From sequence record SRR31156797_2267: a stretch of DNA of 58,330 nt; one strand, 5' to 3'. A program made the position numbers and the translations under genes. Below are positions 30,120 through 40,384 of the stretch, piece by piece. The notes below the pieces were generated by a model that was given only the letters and a program-made list of their open reading frames with translations, made no database searches and had not been told where the DNA came from. The first letter of the stretch is position 1. The number at the start of each line of letters is the position of its first letter.

Positions 30120-30459
30120 TCCCCAATGTAAATATTACAACACCAAATATGATAATTATTGATCCAATGATCTGATTTTTAGTCATTTTTTCTTTCAACA
30201 CAGTTATTGATAAAACTGCAACAATAATATAAATAAATGGATTAAATATAATGCCGGTGATCAAGGGTAATTTTGTTAAAGCATATGTATTCAATATAAC
30301 CACTGTAAAGATCAACACATAGCCAATGATCGTCCAGATGTTTAGATAGAATTTTATTAATTTCTTGTCACCATGTCTGTTTGCACCAATTTTCAGCAAT
30401 AGTTGCGCTATTGAAGTTATGATCACACCTAAAGCGAAAGCTAAGTAATATTTAAGCAA
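30106..30459 (-). CDS. SMR/EamA small membrane protein (ArnE/F-like Und-P-sugar flippase subunit)
   Basis: 4 TM segments, AQLLLK, LKEKMT..IIG. Confidence 0.72.
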   Translation of the reverse strand: MLKYYLAFALGVIITSIAQLLLKIGANRHGDKKLIKFYLNIWTIIGYVLIFTVVILNTYALTKLPLITGIIFNPFIYIIVAVLSITVLKEKMTKNQIIGSIIIIFGVVIFTLGNVYA

Positions 30460-30796
30460 TATTTCTTTCCTGTTTTACAAAGACCATAATTCCAGAGATT
30501 ATAACAAGTAACCCCGTTAAATGGATAAGATTTACTGTTTCCGAGAACACAAAATAACCAAATGCAATTGTAAACACATATCGGAGACTGGTAAAATAGT
30601 ACGCATAAGACAAGTTGTGTTTTTTAAGCGCCAACTGCCAAAAAACGGCCTGCAATCCAAAACAAAAGATAGCGGCTATGATATAAGGGTTTAAAATAAA
30701 TGCTATTAAATTGAATTCCTGTAATTGCAGAGCCGCAAGTTTCATAAATAGTGCGGCAACAGATTGCATTAATACAGATAATAAGATCAGGATCAT
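30452..30796 (-). CDS. SMR/EamA small membrane protein (ArnE/F-like flippase subunit)
   Basis: 4 TM segments, WQLALKKHNLSYAY, FSETV. Confidence 0.75.
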   Translation of the reverse strand: MILILLSVLMQSVAALFMKLAALQLQEFNLIAFILNPYIIAAIFCFGLQAVFWQLALKKHNLSYAYYFTSLRYVFTIAFGYFVFSETVNLIHLTGLLVIISGIMVFVKQERNIA

Positions 30797-31728
30797 TTAA
30801 TAATTCTACCTATTGTATATGCACCATTATGTGAGATCTCTTTTAATATTCTTGATAAATACTCACCAATAAAGAACAGCAAAAGCATTAATATTGAATT
30901 TGAGAATGAAATTAAAACAATAATACTTGTCCAACCTGCAGGAGCTTGCCCAAGGAACAATTGTTTAATAAAAAAGAACATTCCGACAATAAAAGACAAT
31001 ATGGAAACTACAAGTCCAAAATAGCTTACGATCTTTAATGGAATGGACGAATAATTTACTAAGAGGTTATATGAGATATTTAAAAGTTTGGACAAATTGT
31101 AATTTGTTTTACCGTATTTTCTTGCTTCATGCTTTATAAACACATTGCCAATATTATGTGTTAAAGTAAATATCATACCGGAAATATAGGGATAAACCGT
31201 GTTATTCATCTTGATCTCATCTACAATATTTTTCTTTATCATCATGTAGCTTGTAAATTCGATTTTCTTATCTATATTAAATATTTTATTGTTCAATCTT
31301 CTAAATAGGCGACTACCGGCTTTCTTATAAGATCTGTCTTTTTTCTTTTCATAGCAGCCGTATACAACGTCGTAACCTTCTTGAATCTTCTCAAAGAGCT
31401 TAGGGATTTCTTCAGGAGGAGTTTGCAGATCGTCATCCAATGTGATCACATACTCACCTTTACAATATTGTAATCCACACATAAGAGCATTCTGTTGACC
31501 GAAGTTTTTAGAAAGATCTATCAAAATAATATCTTCACTTGAAGTTTTTTTGATCGACTGCAATGTTAAAAAGCTATCATCATGACTACCATCATTAACA
31601 AAAATAAGCTCGTAAGCGGCATTCATTTTTGAAAATGTAGCACCAATTCTTTCAAATAACTCTTTAAGTGAGTGTTGACTATTATACACTGGAATGATAA
31701 CTGAAAATTTTTTGTTTTCATTGTTCAT
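30793..31728 (-). CDS. GT2 polyprenol-phosphate glycosyltransferase (ArnC/GtrB-like)
   Basis: VIIPVYN, VNDGSHD, NFGQQNA, LDDDLQTPPEEI, two C-terminal TM segments, GEYLSRI. Confidence 0.88.
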   Translation of the reverse strand: MNNENKKFSVIIPVYNSQHSLKELFERIGATFSKMNAAYELIFVNDGSHDDSFLTLQSIKKTSSEDIILIDLSKNFGQQNALMCGLQYCKGEYVITLDDDLQTPPEEIPKLFEKIQEGYDVVYGCYEKKKDRSYKKAGSRLFRRLNNKIFNIDKKIEFTSYMMIKKNIVDEIKMNNTVYPYISGMIFTLTHNIGNVFIKHEARKYGKTNYNLSKLLNISYNLLVNYSSIPLKIVSYFGLVVSILSFIVGMFFFIKQLFLGQAPAGWTSIIVLISFSNSILMLLLFFIGEYLSRILKEISHNGAYTIGRIIK

Positions 31729-31750
31729 AAAAATAACCCTGATTTGTGAT

Positions 31751-32323
31751 CTAAATAATGGTTTTAATTTTTGTTTTAAAGTTTATAAAACCTTCTTTAT
31801 GTAAATCCATTCCCAATACTTCAAGTTCTTCATTATCTATTGTTACAGTGTGTCGTTCATATTCCTTGTAACCTAGGAATTTATTAAACCTTAATGCCCT
31901 ATTATTGTTCGAGAGTACCTTTATTGTTACTCTTTTCAGCTTTAATTCCTCAAAAATATATGTTAATAAAATCAAGGCTGTCGTAAATGATATTAATGAA
32001 TTCTGAAACTCCGGTATAATGAATAAACCGGCATCACCTTCTTTTAATTCCCAATTAATTTTCTTGATCTCAGATAACCCGGCCAAGGTACCATTACTAT
32101 AAATGGAATAATAATAATCATTTTCTGATCTGTTTATCTTATTGAACCATTCTACTTGTTGTTCTTTGCTTATCTTTTCTCTAAAAATAAAATTTGAACT
32201 GATTTCTTCAGAATTTCTCCAAATTCTTATTTGTTCTATCTCTTCTTCACTAAGTAATTGAAGATATACATTGCTACCGGGTAAGGTTAATTTCTTTTTT
32301 TTTGATTTTGTACTATTTGTCAT
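31751..32323 (-). CDS. GNAT acyltransferase, PseH/RimL-like (NDP-amino-sugar N-acyltransferase)
   Basis: IRIWRN, ISKEQQVEWF, VLSNNNRALRFNKFLGY. Confidence 0.78.
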   Translation of the reverse strand: MTNSTKSKKKKLTLPGSNVYLQLLSEEEIEQIRIWRNSEEISSNFIFREKISKEQQVEWFNKINRSENDYYYSIYSNGTLAGLSEIKKINWELKEGDAGLFIIPEFQNSLISFTTALILLTYIFEELKLKRVTIKVLSNNNRALRFNKFLGYKEYERHTVTIDNEELEVLGMDLHKEGFINFKTKIKTII

Positions 32324-32340
32324 GCGCCTTATTACCTACA

Positions 32341-33396
32341 TCATACTTCAATTAGATCTGATATATGAACATGCTTAAGATCCATGAGCACAGTTCCCCA
32401 GGATAAACCACCGCCATAACCGCACATAACAACCTTTTGTTGCTCTCTTAATGAACTTTTCATTTCAGATACGATCGTCAACGGTATTGAAGCGGCACTG
32501 GTATTCCCAAATTTTTGTAAAGAATACGGTACTTTCTCAATTGGATATCTTAGTTTTTTTGCAAAAAAATCAGTCATGAATTTATTTGCTTGATGAAAAA
32601 TAATACTATCAATTTTTTCTATATCCAGTTCAGCGAATTTAAGAACACGTTTTATATCTTTGGGTACTTCACGCATCGTAAAATTAAACACTTCAATTCC
32701 ATCCATGAACAGGTGCTCATCACTTCTCAAACTGCCGTCTTCACGTTCACTCACTTCAGAGGTATCTTTATTGCTCGGTTTTCTATATCCTCCAGCTGGA
32801 ATAACCAGAACATTTGCTCCGGAGCCATCGGAATTCAATGAAAAGTGTGTCGTTACAGCTTCATCTGATTTTTCGACAAGCGTTGCCGTTCCACCATCAC
32901 CAAATAACAGACTTGTAGCCTTATCCTCTTTGGAAATAATTTTTGATAAGGTTTCTCCCACTAAAAGAAGCACCCTGTCAATACCCTTTTGAGAGGCATA
33001 TGAGAATGCTGTTGATAATGCATAAACATAACCGGAACAGGCAAGATTCATATCAAACGCAGCACAGGATTTTGGAAGGCCTAATCTATGTTGTAGGATC
33101 GGAGCAGTTGCCGGTTGATGATAATCGGGTGTTTGACTCAGAAATATTAGCATATCAATCGAATCTCTTTCGATCTTCATTTCATCCAATAGTTTTTCAG
33201 CTGCCGAAAAGCACAGATCAGAGCTGCATACATCTTCGGGGGCAAATCTTCGTTGAGCGATCCCTGTTGTTTTTATAGTATTCTCAATCTCTTTAGCCGT
33301 AAAAACGTCGGTATAACTTTTATTATCAATTATTGTTTTAGGAACTGCAGCAGCCATTCCCTTGATCTCAACGTTATTAAAAGTAACTATACTCAT
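32341..33396 (-). CDS. 3-oxoacyl-ACP synthase III-like (FabH paralog)
   Basis: Cys-His-Asn triad: NLACSGY, FHQAN, GNTSAASIP; also FGDG and GGGLSWG. Confidence 0.9.
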   Translation of the reverse strand: MSIVTFNNVEIKGMAAAVPKTIIDNKSYTDVFTAKEIENTIKTTGIAQRRFAPEDVCSSDLCFSAAEKLLDEMKIERDSIDMLIFLSQTPDYHQPATAPILQHRLGLPKSCAAFDMNLACSGYVYALSTAFSYASQKGIDRVLLLVGETLSKIISKEDKATSLLFGDGGTATLVEKSDEAVTTHFSLNSDGSGANVLVIPAGGYRKPSNKDTSEVSEREDGSLRSDEHLFMDGIEVFNFTMREVPKDIKRVLKFAELDIEKIDSIIFHQANKFMTDFFAKKLRYPIEKVPYSLQKFGNTSAASIPLTIVSEMKSSLREQQKVVMCGYGGGLSWGTVLMDLKHVHISDLIEV

Positions 33397-34728
33397 TTAC
33401 CTAACCTTTTTAAATCTGTCGCTCACCATCTCGTTGTCTGAAATCTCAATGGATACAGGTATTTTATATGATTCCATTTTATCTTTGCAATAAGTTCTGA
33501 TCTTGTTCTTTAAAACAGATAACTTTTCTTCATCATGCAATTCCAACCTTGCGCCAACCACTTTGCCCATGATGGGGTTATCAACAGCAAATACTGAAGC
33601 TTCCTTAATATTTTCTATCTCCAGAAGAACAGATTCCACCTCTGCAGGATATACTTTTTGTCCACCAACATTGATAATATCTGTAGTTCTACCTAATATT
33701 CTTATCCACTCACCATCGACTTCAACTTTATCTTGTGTATTAAACCAACCGTCTTCATCAAATGGTGAATCCGCATTTAAATATCCAATCATAGCTGTTT
33801 TGGCTTTTATGAATAGAACATCGTCGACAATCTTTGTCTGATAGTCTTCACCGCCAATTTTCACCCAAAGTGAATCATTTGATCTTGATTTTGATCTCAT
33901 GATACCGATTTCTGACAACCCATACGTTTGTTTTAGTGTTACCTTAGGAAAAAGAGCATTAAATGCTTTTAAAGTTTGTTCCGGCATAACTTCCGTACCG
34001 TAAGTAACTATTTTAAGACTGGATAGGTCATATTTGCTATAAGCTCGACTCATTAATATCATGTTAATAAAAGTAGGCGAAGTTGGTAGTAACTCTACAC
34101 CATATTTCTCGATCATTTTGCAAATGTTTATGGGGCTTCTGTCTTCTACAGTTATGATCGTGCCGGCATTGGACAAAATATAAAACAGCGTATTTATACC
34201 ACCAATATGATCAAATAATAAAAATGTAATTGTTTTCATCAATTTTCTTGGAGATTTAAACTTTTCCAGTAGCGGTACAAAATCATGAACTGCAGCTTTG
34301 CTTTTTCCTGTAGATCCGGATGAGAATAGCACAAGACCCGGATGCTTTTCCTTTGAAAGTTGAACTAAGATAGGGTGCTGAGGCGTATTTTTTTTATCAA
34401 TTACTTTAATTTCATTGTTCTCAACCTCGACTACTTTCTGAACTTCTGAAATATCGTAATATTCATCTTTGTTCTTTACGGCAAAGCTGATCGGGACAAC
34501 AATATTATTATTATCAATTATTGCTATCAACAATGCAATAGACACGGGGTTGAAATCCGAACGCAAAGCAACAACTTCACCCGCGTTAATATTATTCTCT
34601 TTCAACATGTTTTTTGCTTTGTTGACTTCTGTCAGCAACCAATTATAAGAATAAGATCTATTGCGCCAGATAATTGCATCTTTTGTCTTATTGTTACGGA
34701 ATATTTCGCTTAAAAACTCTAGGTACAT
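33397..34728 (-). CDS. AMP-dependent acyl-CoA/acyl-ACP ligase
   Basis: FSSGSTGKSK, FDHIGG, TYGLSE, WFNTQD, GR..DIINVGGQKVYP.EVE. Confidence 0.88.
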   Translation of the reverse strand: MYLEFLSEIFRNNKTKDAIIWRNRSYSYNWLLTEVNKAKNMLKENNINAGEVVALRSDFNPVSIALLIAIIDNNNIVVPISFAVKNKDEYYDISEVQKVVEVENNEIKVIDKKNTPQHPILVQLSKEKHPGLVLFSSGSTGKSKAAVHDFVPLLEKFKSPRKLMKTITFLLFDHIGGINTLFYILSNAGTIITVEDRSPINICKMIEKYGVELLPTSPTFINMILMSRAYSKYDLSSLKIVTYGTEVMPEQTLKAFNALFPKVTLKQTYGLSEIGIMRSKSRSNDSLWVKIGGEDYQTKIVDDVLFIKAKTAMIGYLNADSPFDEDGWFNTQDKVEVDGEWIRILGRTTDIINVGGQKVYPAEVESVLLEIENIKEASVFAVDNPIMGKVVGARLELHDEEKLSVLKNKIRTYCKDKMESYKIPVSIEISDNEMVSDRFKKVR

Positions 34729-35426
34729 TAAAATACACCTCCAAGGTATAATATTTGACCTGTTATCATCTGTGACCTGTCATTTATGAAAAAATCACAG
34801 ATATTTGCTACATCTTCAAAAACGGCAAAATCTTTTATTGCTTGTCTCTCCAAAAGCTTATTTAGCTTATTTTCACCAACGTTTTTGATAAGATCAGTTT
34901 TTATGGGTGATGGACCAATTGCATTTACTGTAATGGAATTACTCCCGAATTCTTTAGATAATATGGTTGTCAATTTTTCAACTGCAGCCTTTGATGAAGC
35001 ATAAGCGGCTTCCCCCTCCAAATCAAGAGGAGAAGCAACAGTGGTAAAATTAACTATTCGACCAAACTTATTCTTGGCCATTATTTTGCCGACTTCCCGA
35101 CTGAAAATGAAGGTACCAAATACATTTGTTCTATAAATTTTTTCCATAATGGAAAGAGGTGTAAAGAAACTGTGATTCATTGATGCTATTCCGGCATTAT
35201 TCAGTAAATAATCGATTTTCCCGAATTGCTTTACTACAGAATTCACCATTTTCTTTACTTCTTTTTCATCAGCAACATCCAGAGTGTAATGTGAATAATT
35301 TGGATCTTGTAGATCGCTTTCCGATCTTGAACAACCAGCAACAATCATACCTTTATTTAGATAATACTCAGCTAAGTATCTTCCAATTCCCTTACGGGAG
35401 CCTGTAATAATCATTACTTTATTCAT
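34728..35426 (-). CDS. SDR ketoreductase (FabG-like)
   Basis: TGSRKGIG, LNNAG, YASSK; ATG at 35426. Confidence 0.85.
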   Translation of the reverse strand: MNKVMIITGSRKGIGRYLAEYYLNKGMIVAGCSRSESDLQDPNYSHYTLDVADEKEVKKMVNSVVKQFGKIDYLLNNAGIASMNHSFFTPLSIMEKIYRTNVFGTFIFSREVGKIMAKNKFGRIVNFTTVASPLDLEGEAAYASSKAAVEKLTTILSKEFGSNSITVNAIGPSPIKTDLIKNVGENKLNKLLERQAIKDFAVFEDVANICDFFINDRSQMITGQILYLGGVF

Positions 35427-35427
35427 T

Positions 35428-35712
35428 TTATTCCCCAACTTGTTCTAAAATAAAATCAGCCAATGTTTCAATTGTGCGAAATGGGCTATTTCTGCGTGAC
35501 ATGGCTTCTTCAGATGTTAATGATATTTCAATGTCCTCTTCTAAGAAACGGGATTCTGTATCAATGATAACATTTACTAAACCCATTGAATCCAAATTTG
35601 AATTCTTTCCTAAAAGAGCTGTATCTATCTTTACTTCCTCATCTATATTCTGAGTCATAAAGTAGTTTTTTACAAGATCGATAAGTATTTCGATAATTTT
35701 ATCTTTTTTCAT
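35428..35712 (-). CDS. Acyl carrier protein
   Basis: LDSMG phosphopantetheine motif, acidic, SPFRTIETL; RBS GAGGA before ATG 35712. Confidence 0.75.
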   Translation of the reverse strand: MKKDKIIEILIDLVKNYFMTQNIDEEVKIDTALLGKNSNLDSMGLVNVIIDTESRFLEEDIEISLTSEEAMSRRNSPFRTIETLADFILEQVGE

Positions 35713-35720
35713 TATTATCC

Positions 35721-35942
35721 TCATTTCTTACTTTTAATTAATTTCCATAGATCTTCAAGCGTTTCAACTTTATCAAATTCTTCTCTTGGGATCGTAATAT
35801 CATATTCATTATTTATCATTGCCAGGGTCGTTAATACGGCCAAAGAATCCCAAATATGTAAATCCCTGAATTTATCCTCAGGTTTTATAATTTCTTCTTC
35901 GATCCCAAGGTCTTCCTTAAATAATTCAATAAATTTTTCCAT
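35721..35942 (-). CDS. Acyl carrier protein
   Basis: WDSLA motif, acidic 73 aa, TLEDL. Confidence 0.85.
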   Translation of the reverse strand: MEKFIELFKEDLGIEEEIIKPEDKFRDLHIWDSLAVLTTLAMINNEYDITIPREEFDKVETLEDLWKLIKSKK

Positions 35943-35943
35943 T

Positions 35944-36906
35944 TTATATTCCTTTCAAATTATTAACATACCAATCATAAAATTCGCTTAAGCCCTTTTT
36001 CATGGGCGTTTGAGCTGAAAAAGAAATTAATTCTGCAGCTTTACTTATGTCTGCCCAGGTTCTATTAACATCTCCGGGAGGAAGATCTTTATATTCTTTT
36101 ATTGCCTTTTTATCCATGGTTACTTCAATTTGTTCGATCAGATCATTCAATTTTACCGGAGAATTATTTCCAAGATTCAATATATCAAACTTATAATCAA
36201 GATCAGATATCTTGACGATCGCATCTACAATATCTTTAATAAATGTGTAATCTCTCGAGCTGCTTCCATCTCCATAGATATCAATTGCTTTATTATGGTA
36301 TATCAGATTTGCAAATTTATGAATCGCAAGGTCCGGCCGTTGACGAGGACCATAAACCGTAAAGAATCTTAAGCACATGACGGGAAGATCATAGAGATGA
36401 TGAAAAGTGTAACATAGCATCTCTGCAGCTTTTTTTGTACTTGCATAGGGAGATATTGGTTGATCAACTGAGTCATTCTCAGAAAATGGGATCTTTTTAT
36501 TGTTCCCGTAAATGCTTGAGGATGAAGCAAATATAAACTTAGGTAATTTCTTTTGATTACATGCAAATTCTAAAAGATTGTTAGTCCCCAGAACATTTGT
36601 TTGTACATAGGCTTCAGGATCCTCAATTGATGGTCTTACTCCGGCTTTTGCAGCCAGATGAATAATAACATCAACTTCACCGATCTTTTCAAGTTCTTTT
36701 AAAAGCTTCACCTTGTCTCTAATATCTTCTTCTATTAAATAATAATTCTCATTTTCTTGTGCATAGCGGATATTATTTTCTTTTATTTTTCGATCATAAA
36801 ACGGATCAAAGTTATCAACATTATAGACAATATGTCCCATTTCCAAAAAGCTTTCACATACGTGAGAACCAATAAATCCGGCGCCGCCTGTTACCAATAT
36901 TTTCAT
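35944..36906 (-). CDS. UDP-glucuronate 4-epimerase-like SDR
   Basis: GGAGFIG, HLAAKAGVRPS, SSSSIYG, YASTKK, RFFTVYGPRQRPDLA, GDV..TWAD. Confidence 0.85.
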   Translation of the reverse strand: MKILVTGGAGFIGSHVCESFLEMGHIVYNVDNFDPFYDRKIKENNIRYAQENENYYLIEEDIRDKVKLLKELEKIGEVDVIIHLAAKAGVRPSIEDPEAYVQTNVLGTNNLLEFACNQKKLPKFIFASSSSIYGNNKKIPFSENDSVDQPISPYASTKKAAEMLCYTFHHLYDLPVMCLRFFTVYGPRQRPDLAIHKFANLIYHNKAIDIYGDGSSSRDYTFIKDIVDAIVKISDLDYKFDILNLGNNSPVKLNDLIEQIEVTMDKKAIKEYKDLPPGDVNRTWADISKAAELISFSAQTPMKKGLSEFYDWYVNNLKGI

Positions 36907-36934
36907 TTTGTTGCTTTACTTATAGTTTTAATAT

Positions 36935-37801
36935 TTATAGTCCCAAAAGGTATTTGCCGTAATCATTCTTGCCCATTTTCTTACCTTCTTCTTTCATTTT
37001 CTCTTTGCTGATAAATCCTTTTCTCCACGCGATCTCTTCCAGACATGATATTTTCAAACCTTGTCTCTTCTCAATCGCCTGAATGTACATGTTGGCGTCT
37101 GCCATCGCTTCATGGGTTCCGGTATCCAACCAGGCATACCCTCTTCCCATAAATTCCATCTTAAGTTCCCCGGATTCAAGGTAAGCTTGGTTAACAGAGG
37201 TTATTTCCAGTTCACCTCTTTCAGAGGGCTTTACATTTTTAGCGATCTCAACTACAGAATTCGGGTAGATATATAAACCCACCACAGCATAATTGCTTTT
37301 AGGATCTTTCGGTTTTTCAACTACTGAAAGCACATTGCCGTTTTCATCAGTTTCTGCAACTCCATATCTTTCCGGATCTTTTACATAATATCCAAAGATC
37401 GTTGCAAGTTGTTCTTCCTCAGTTTTCTTTACTGCCTGCTTAAGCATTTGCGGCAAGCCGCTTCCATAAAATATATTATCACCTAAAATGAGAGTTACTT
37501 CATCATCACCGATAAAATCCTCACCAAGAATAAATGCCTGAGCCAATCCATCAGGTGATGGTTGAACAATATAAGATAATGATATACCCCATTGACTACC
37601 GTCTCCCAATAGCCTTTTAAAGGCAGCTTGATCTTCGGGTGTTGTAATGATCAAGATATCTTTGATTCCGGCAAGCATCAGCGTGGAAAGAGGATAATAG
37701 ATCATTGGCTTGTCATAAACCGGCAGAAGCTGCTTGCTAACAGCGATCGTGATCGGATATAAACGTGTACCTGATCCTCCAGCTAGAATAATACCCTTCA
37801 T
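36935..37801 (-). CDS. rfbA: Glucose-1-phosphate thymidylyltransferase
   Basis: [54 protein letters not shown]. Confidence 0.96.
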   Translation of the reverse strand: MKGIILAGGSGTRLYPITIAVSKQLLPVYDKPMIYYPLSTLMLAGIKDILIITTPEDQAAFKRLLGDGSQWGISLSYIVQPSPDGLAQAFILGEDFIGDDEVTLILGDNIFYGSGLPQMLKQAVKKTEEEQLATIFGYYVKDPERYGVAETDENGNVLSVVEKPKDPKSNYAVVGLYIYPNSVVEIAKNVKPSERGELEITSVNQAYLESGELKMEFMGRGYAWLDTGTHEAMADANMYIQAIEKRQGLKISCLEEIAWRKGFISKEKMKEEGKKMGKNDYGKYLLGL

Positions 37802-37817
37802 TTTATTCTCCTATAAC

Positions 37818-38132
37818 TTAACTTTCTATGTCTTCTTTTATTTTTTTCAATTCTTTTTGCAGCTGATAATATTCGGTTTTTTTGCGTTTTATAAATCTTT
37901 CGGTAAGCATGATCTTTTCTTTAATACCTTCTTGGGTCAACAAATACTTGTAGTTCTTTTTACACTGAGAACTTGCAAAATTTTCAACCTTTATCAAGCC
38001 CTTTTCAATTAGAGCATTCAATACGTAGTTGATCTTTCCTACACTATAGCCCATTTCATCCGCTAAAACTCGCTGATTTTCTATCTCTTCCGCTTTTCTG
38101 AGTATATTAAATTCTAATTCTTCGTTATTCAT
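37818..38132 (-). CDS. MarR-family EPS-associated transcriptional regulator
   Basis: NQRVLA..GYSVGKINYVLNALIEKG, YKYLLT..GI.EK, F..RK..EY..L. Confidence 0.88.
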   Translation of the reverse strand: MNNEELEFNILRKAEEIENQRVLADEMGYSVGKINYVLNALIEKGLIKVENFASSQCKKNYKYLLTQEGIKEKIMLTERFIKRKKTEYYQLQKELKKIKEDIES

Positions 38133-38163
38133 TTTGTTTTGATATTAAATTTTCAATTGTATG

Positions 38164-38211
38164 TGGCTTCGCCCCAAACAGTCACATAGACATATTAGCA
38201 TATATTGAGCA
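38164..38211 (-). promoter_or_regulatory. ops/JUMPStart-like leader element, copy 2
   Basis: TGCTCAATATA-N14-TGTGACTGTTTGGGGCGAAGCCA on the minus strand, ending 31 nt before the ATG; matches copy 1. Confidence 0.65.
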
Positions 38212-38307
38212 ATGCTTTATCATGTTCATTTTTTGAATTTAAGATAATATAAGAGATATTTTCTACTTTTGTACAGTTTTTTAACATAATGTAAAACATA
38301 AACCTTC

Positions 38308-39360
38308 TTAGGTATTATACATCTTAAGGTAATACTCCATATAGGAGTTGTCGATCACATTATTCATCCATTCTTCATTTTCAAGATACCAATCGATCGT
38401 TTTTGAGAACCCATCTTCAAATTCATACGTAGGTTCCCAACCTAATTCATCTGATATCTTTGATGCATCAATTGCATAACGCAGATCATGCCCGGCACGA
38501 TCTTTGACATAGGTGATCAATTTTTCTGATTCCCCAATTTCTCTATCAAGTTTTTCATCGATCAAGCGACAAAGAGCACGAACAAGGTCAATATTCTTCC
38601 ATTCATTGTTACCACCGATATTATAAGTCTCTCCAATCTTCCCTTTGTGAAATATTAAATCAATCGCAATTGCATGATCTTCAACATGCAACCAATCACG
38701 AATATTCAATCCTTCACCATATACCGGCAATGGTTTTTTATTTTTTATATTATTGATCATCAATGGAATAAGTTTTTCGGGAAATTGATTGGGACCATAA
38801 TTATTCGAGCAATTGCTAATTACCACCGGTAATTTATATGTATTGTGATAAGCTCTGACGAAATGATCAGATGAGGCCTTTGCAGCCGAATATGGAGATT
38901 TTGGGTCATATGCAGTATCTTCTGTGAATAATCCTTCATCTCCCAATGCACCGTATACTTCATCAGTGGAAATATGATAGAACAACTTACCTTCTGTATT
39001 ATCTTTCCAGGCGTGCTTTGCAGCGTTTAAAAGTGTGACTGTGCCGAATACGTTCGTTTCAATAAACGTCATGGGATCTTCTATTGAACGATCGACATGG
39101 GATTCTGCAGCAAGATGAATAACACCATTTATGCAATACTTACTAAAGAGTTCCTGCACAAATTCAGCATCACAAATATCACCTTTAACAAACTTATAAT
39201 TTGGAGATGATTCAATATCCTTCAAATTTTCAAGATTGCCCGCATATGTTAATTTGTCAAGATTTATGATCAGGTATTCAGGATATTTTTTCACAAATAG
39301 TCTTATAACATGAGATCCAATAAATCCTGCACCCCCCGTAATTAAAATAGTTTCTTTCAT
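38308..39360 (-). CDS. rfbB: dTDP-glucose 4,6-dehydratase
   Basis: GGAGFIG, DKLTYAGN, HLAAESHVDRS, STDEVYG, YSAAK, NNYGP.QFPEKLIP, DRAGHD.RY; ATG at 39360 with RBS GGAG. Confidence 0.95.
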   Translation of the reverse strand: MKETILITGGAGFIGSHVIRLFVKKYPEYLIINLDKLTYAGNLENLKDIESSPNYKFVKGDICDAEFVQELFSKYCINGVIHLAAESHVDRSIEDPMTFIETNVFGTVTLLNAAKHAWKDNTEGKLFYHISTDEVYGALGDEGLFTEDTAYDPKSPYSAAKASSDHFVRAYHNTYKLPVVISNCSNNYGPNQFPEKLIPLMINNIKNKKPLPVYGEGLNIRDWLHVEDHAIAIDLIFHKGKIGETYNIGGNNEWKNIDLVRALCRLIDEKLDREIGESEKLITYVKDRAGHDLRYAIDASKISDELGWEPTYEFEDGFSKTIDWYLENEEWMNNVIDNSYMEYYLKMYNT

Positions 39361-39385
39361 TTTAACATACTCCAATTCATTATTA

Positions 39386-40384
39386 CTAAATCAAACTTCT
39401 CTCAGTTAGGAATTTCTTTAATATTACATTCATGATCTTATATTTAGATCCAAAATACTTCAGTTTGTCATTTAAACTATTCCGGCCACAGTGTTTTTTG
39501 ATCTCATTCAAAACTGTCACAGAAGTTTTATCATCCATCACATAAAATGAATAGAATAGTTTTTTTCTCAAAAAACTTATCATAATTCTTTTTTGAATAT
39601 TTTTATCAACTCCCTTGATCTCACAGAATTTCTCTTTAATCTGAAAGACATTCTCAATGTAGCGGTATTTTTTTTCAATATTATCAGGTCTACTTGCAGT
39701 ATTATCCTGTAAACGATAAACCGCTGTAATATCTTGGATAAAATCAATCTTGTCATGAGATGCAATTTCCAGCCATAATGGATAATCCATAATCTTATGT
39801 GTGACTATTTCCTTATTCAATATTTCTATTGCACTAGATATTGCATCATTTTTTACCATAACTGTTGGAGTAGTAATCACATTCCCTATCAGTAAAGTGA
39901 AAAAATAATCATTATCTTTTATTTCGCTTACTTTTCCTCTGCTTAATAATTTACTTTTTTTCTCATGATAAATAAGATTCGAAGTATGAACGAGAGCTAT
40001 GTCTTTATTATTATCTAAATGATCAACTTGTTTTTTTAACTTATGAGGATCGCTCCAATAATCATCTCCATCTAATAAGGCTATATATTCACCCTTACAG
40101 TTTTCAACAATATTTTCAAAATTATAAAGCCTTCCTCTTTCCTGTCTTTTTACCCAATATTCATCACCCTTTTTTCTTGCTAATATCGTGATGGTAATAT
40201 ATTTGGTGTTTTGATATGACTTAATTATCTCTAACGTGCTATCTGTCGAAAAATCATCCCCCACAACAACTTCAACCGGAAAGTCAATTTCCTGCATCAT
40301 GATACTATCCATAGCCTGACGGATATATGCCTCATGATTATACGTCATTAAACGAACACTTACTTTAGGTAAGTTCATAGTCAA
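39386..40384 (-). CDS. Glycosyltransferase family 2
   Basis: TYNHEAYI, DDFSTD, YIALLDGDDYW..KL..Q, DYPLWL. Confidence 0.9.
   Translation of the reverse strand: MTMNLPKVSVRLMTYNHEAYIRQAMDSIMMQEIDFPVEVVVGDDFSTDSTLEIIKSYQNTKYITITILARKKGDEYWVKRQERGRLYNFENIVENCKGEYIALLDGDDYWSDPHKLKKQVDHLDNNKDIALVHTSNLIYHEKKSKLLSRGKVSEIKDNDYFFTLLIGNVITTPTVMVKNDAISSAIEILNKEIVTHKIMDYPLWLEIASHDKIDFIQDITAVYRLQDNTASRPDNIEKKYRYIENVFQIKEKFCEIKGVDKNIQKRIMISFLRKKLFYSFYVMDDKTSVTVLNEIKKHCGRNSLNDKLKYFGSKYKIMNVILKKFLTERSLI

Noticed and set aside
32295-32303. Homopolymer tracts (T9 here, T8 at 6728-6735) as phase-variation switches
   Set aside because: They encode in-frame Lys runs and are expected in AT-rich DNA; no frameshifted gene was seen.
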